Shown here one piece after another: positions 63,712 through 64,000 of a stretch of DNA of 64,000 nucleotides. The notes beneath the pieces are model-generated. The model searched no databases, was not told the origin of the DNA, and was given only the letters and a program-made list of their open reading frames with translations. The DNA comes from Ramazzottius varieornatus (Eukaryota > Animalia > Tardigrada). The translations under genes were made by a program, and so were the position numbers. Location: NCBI GenBank assembly GCA_001949185.1, contig BDGG01000003.1, positions 2,897,158 through 2,961,157 on the forward strand, given 5' to 3'. The first letter of the stretch is position 1; every line of letters starts with the position of its first letter.

Positions 63712-64000
63712 CTTCAGTTTTCGTAAAATGTCCTCTCAAAGCTCGCGCGTGCGTCATCATATTCGCGAAACATCCCTTAGGGGGTTGGTAGGGGAAAATA
63801 TCGGGACCGGGGCTAAACTGTGTGTGTACATACACCCACGTGCGTTTTACCGCGCTGTAGGGCGCAAATTCCAATAATATGAATAGCAACATTCTTGATT
63901 TTGATTACCAATTATAATTTCTTCAGTTTTCGGAATTCTACTACAGTTCTAATTAATATTGGAGTTGCCCGGCCTCGAATTCCCAATTTCGATTGTCATA

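Noticed and set aside
63580-64000. Short hairpins (GATCAG..CTGATC, CCCG.TACGGG) and an ORF around the gap
   Set aside because: Interrupted by Ns and close to the window end. It may be a repeat but cannot be defined.

Overview
This window is eukaryotic, from a compact, gene-dense animal genome: about 47% GC, mostly 55-110 nt GT-AG introns, short intergenic gaps and several head-to-head gene pairs. Gene content and style suggest a tardigrade such as Ramazzottius, which is inference only. Gene models were spliced by hand. Conserved genes recognised: XAB2/SYF1, an M13 neprilysin-like gene with a degenerate active site, DGAT1, an SLC34 Na/Pi cotransporter, an LRRK/Roco kinase, an aminergic-type GPCR, RNF41, COG4, NDP kinase, NASP, NGLY1 and ATE1. 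Less ordinary genes are a microbial-looking alpha/beta hydrolase, three tandem type I membrane proteins, and a dead Gypsy-type integrase fused to C2H2 zinc fingers. The main non-standard observations are: (1) RNF41 intron 2 is an antisense, ungapped copy (45/57 nt) of a coding exon of the neighbouring COG4 gene, flanked by a perfect 10-bp direct repeat, which looks like intron gain by templated insertion; (2) a ~120-150 bp palindromic repeat occurs about 21 times, only in introns or intergenic DNA, with arms that co-vary within copies; (3) the domesticated integrase-ZnF gene; (4) a ubiquitin-like remnant or gene split by the palindromic repeat; (5) three other inverted-repeat elements, one with a Sola-like GAG..CTC / 4-bp TSD signature. 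There is an assembly gap at 63629-63711.
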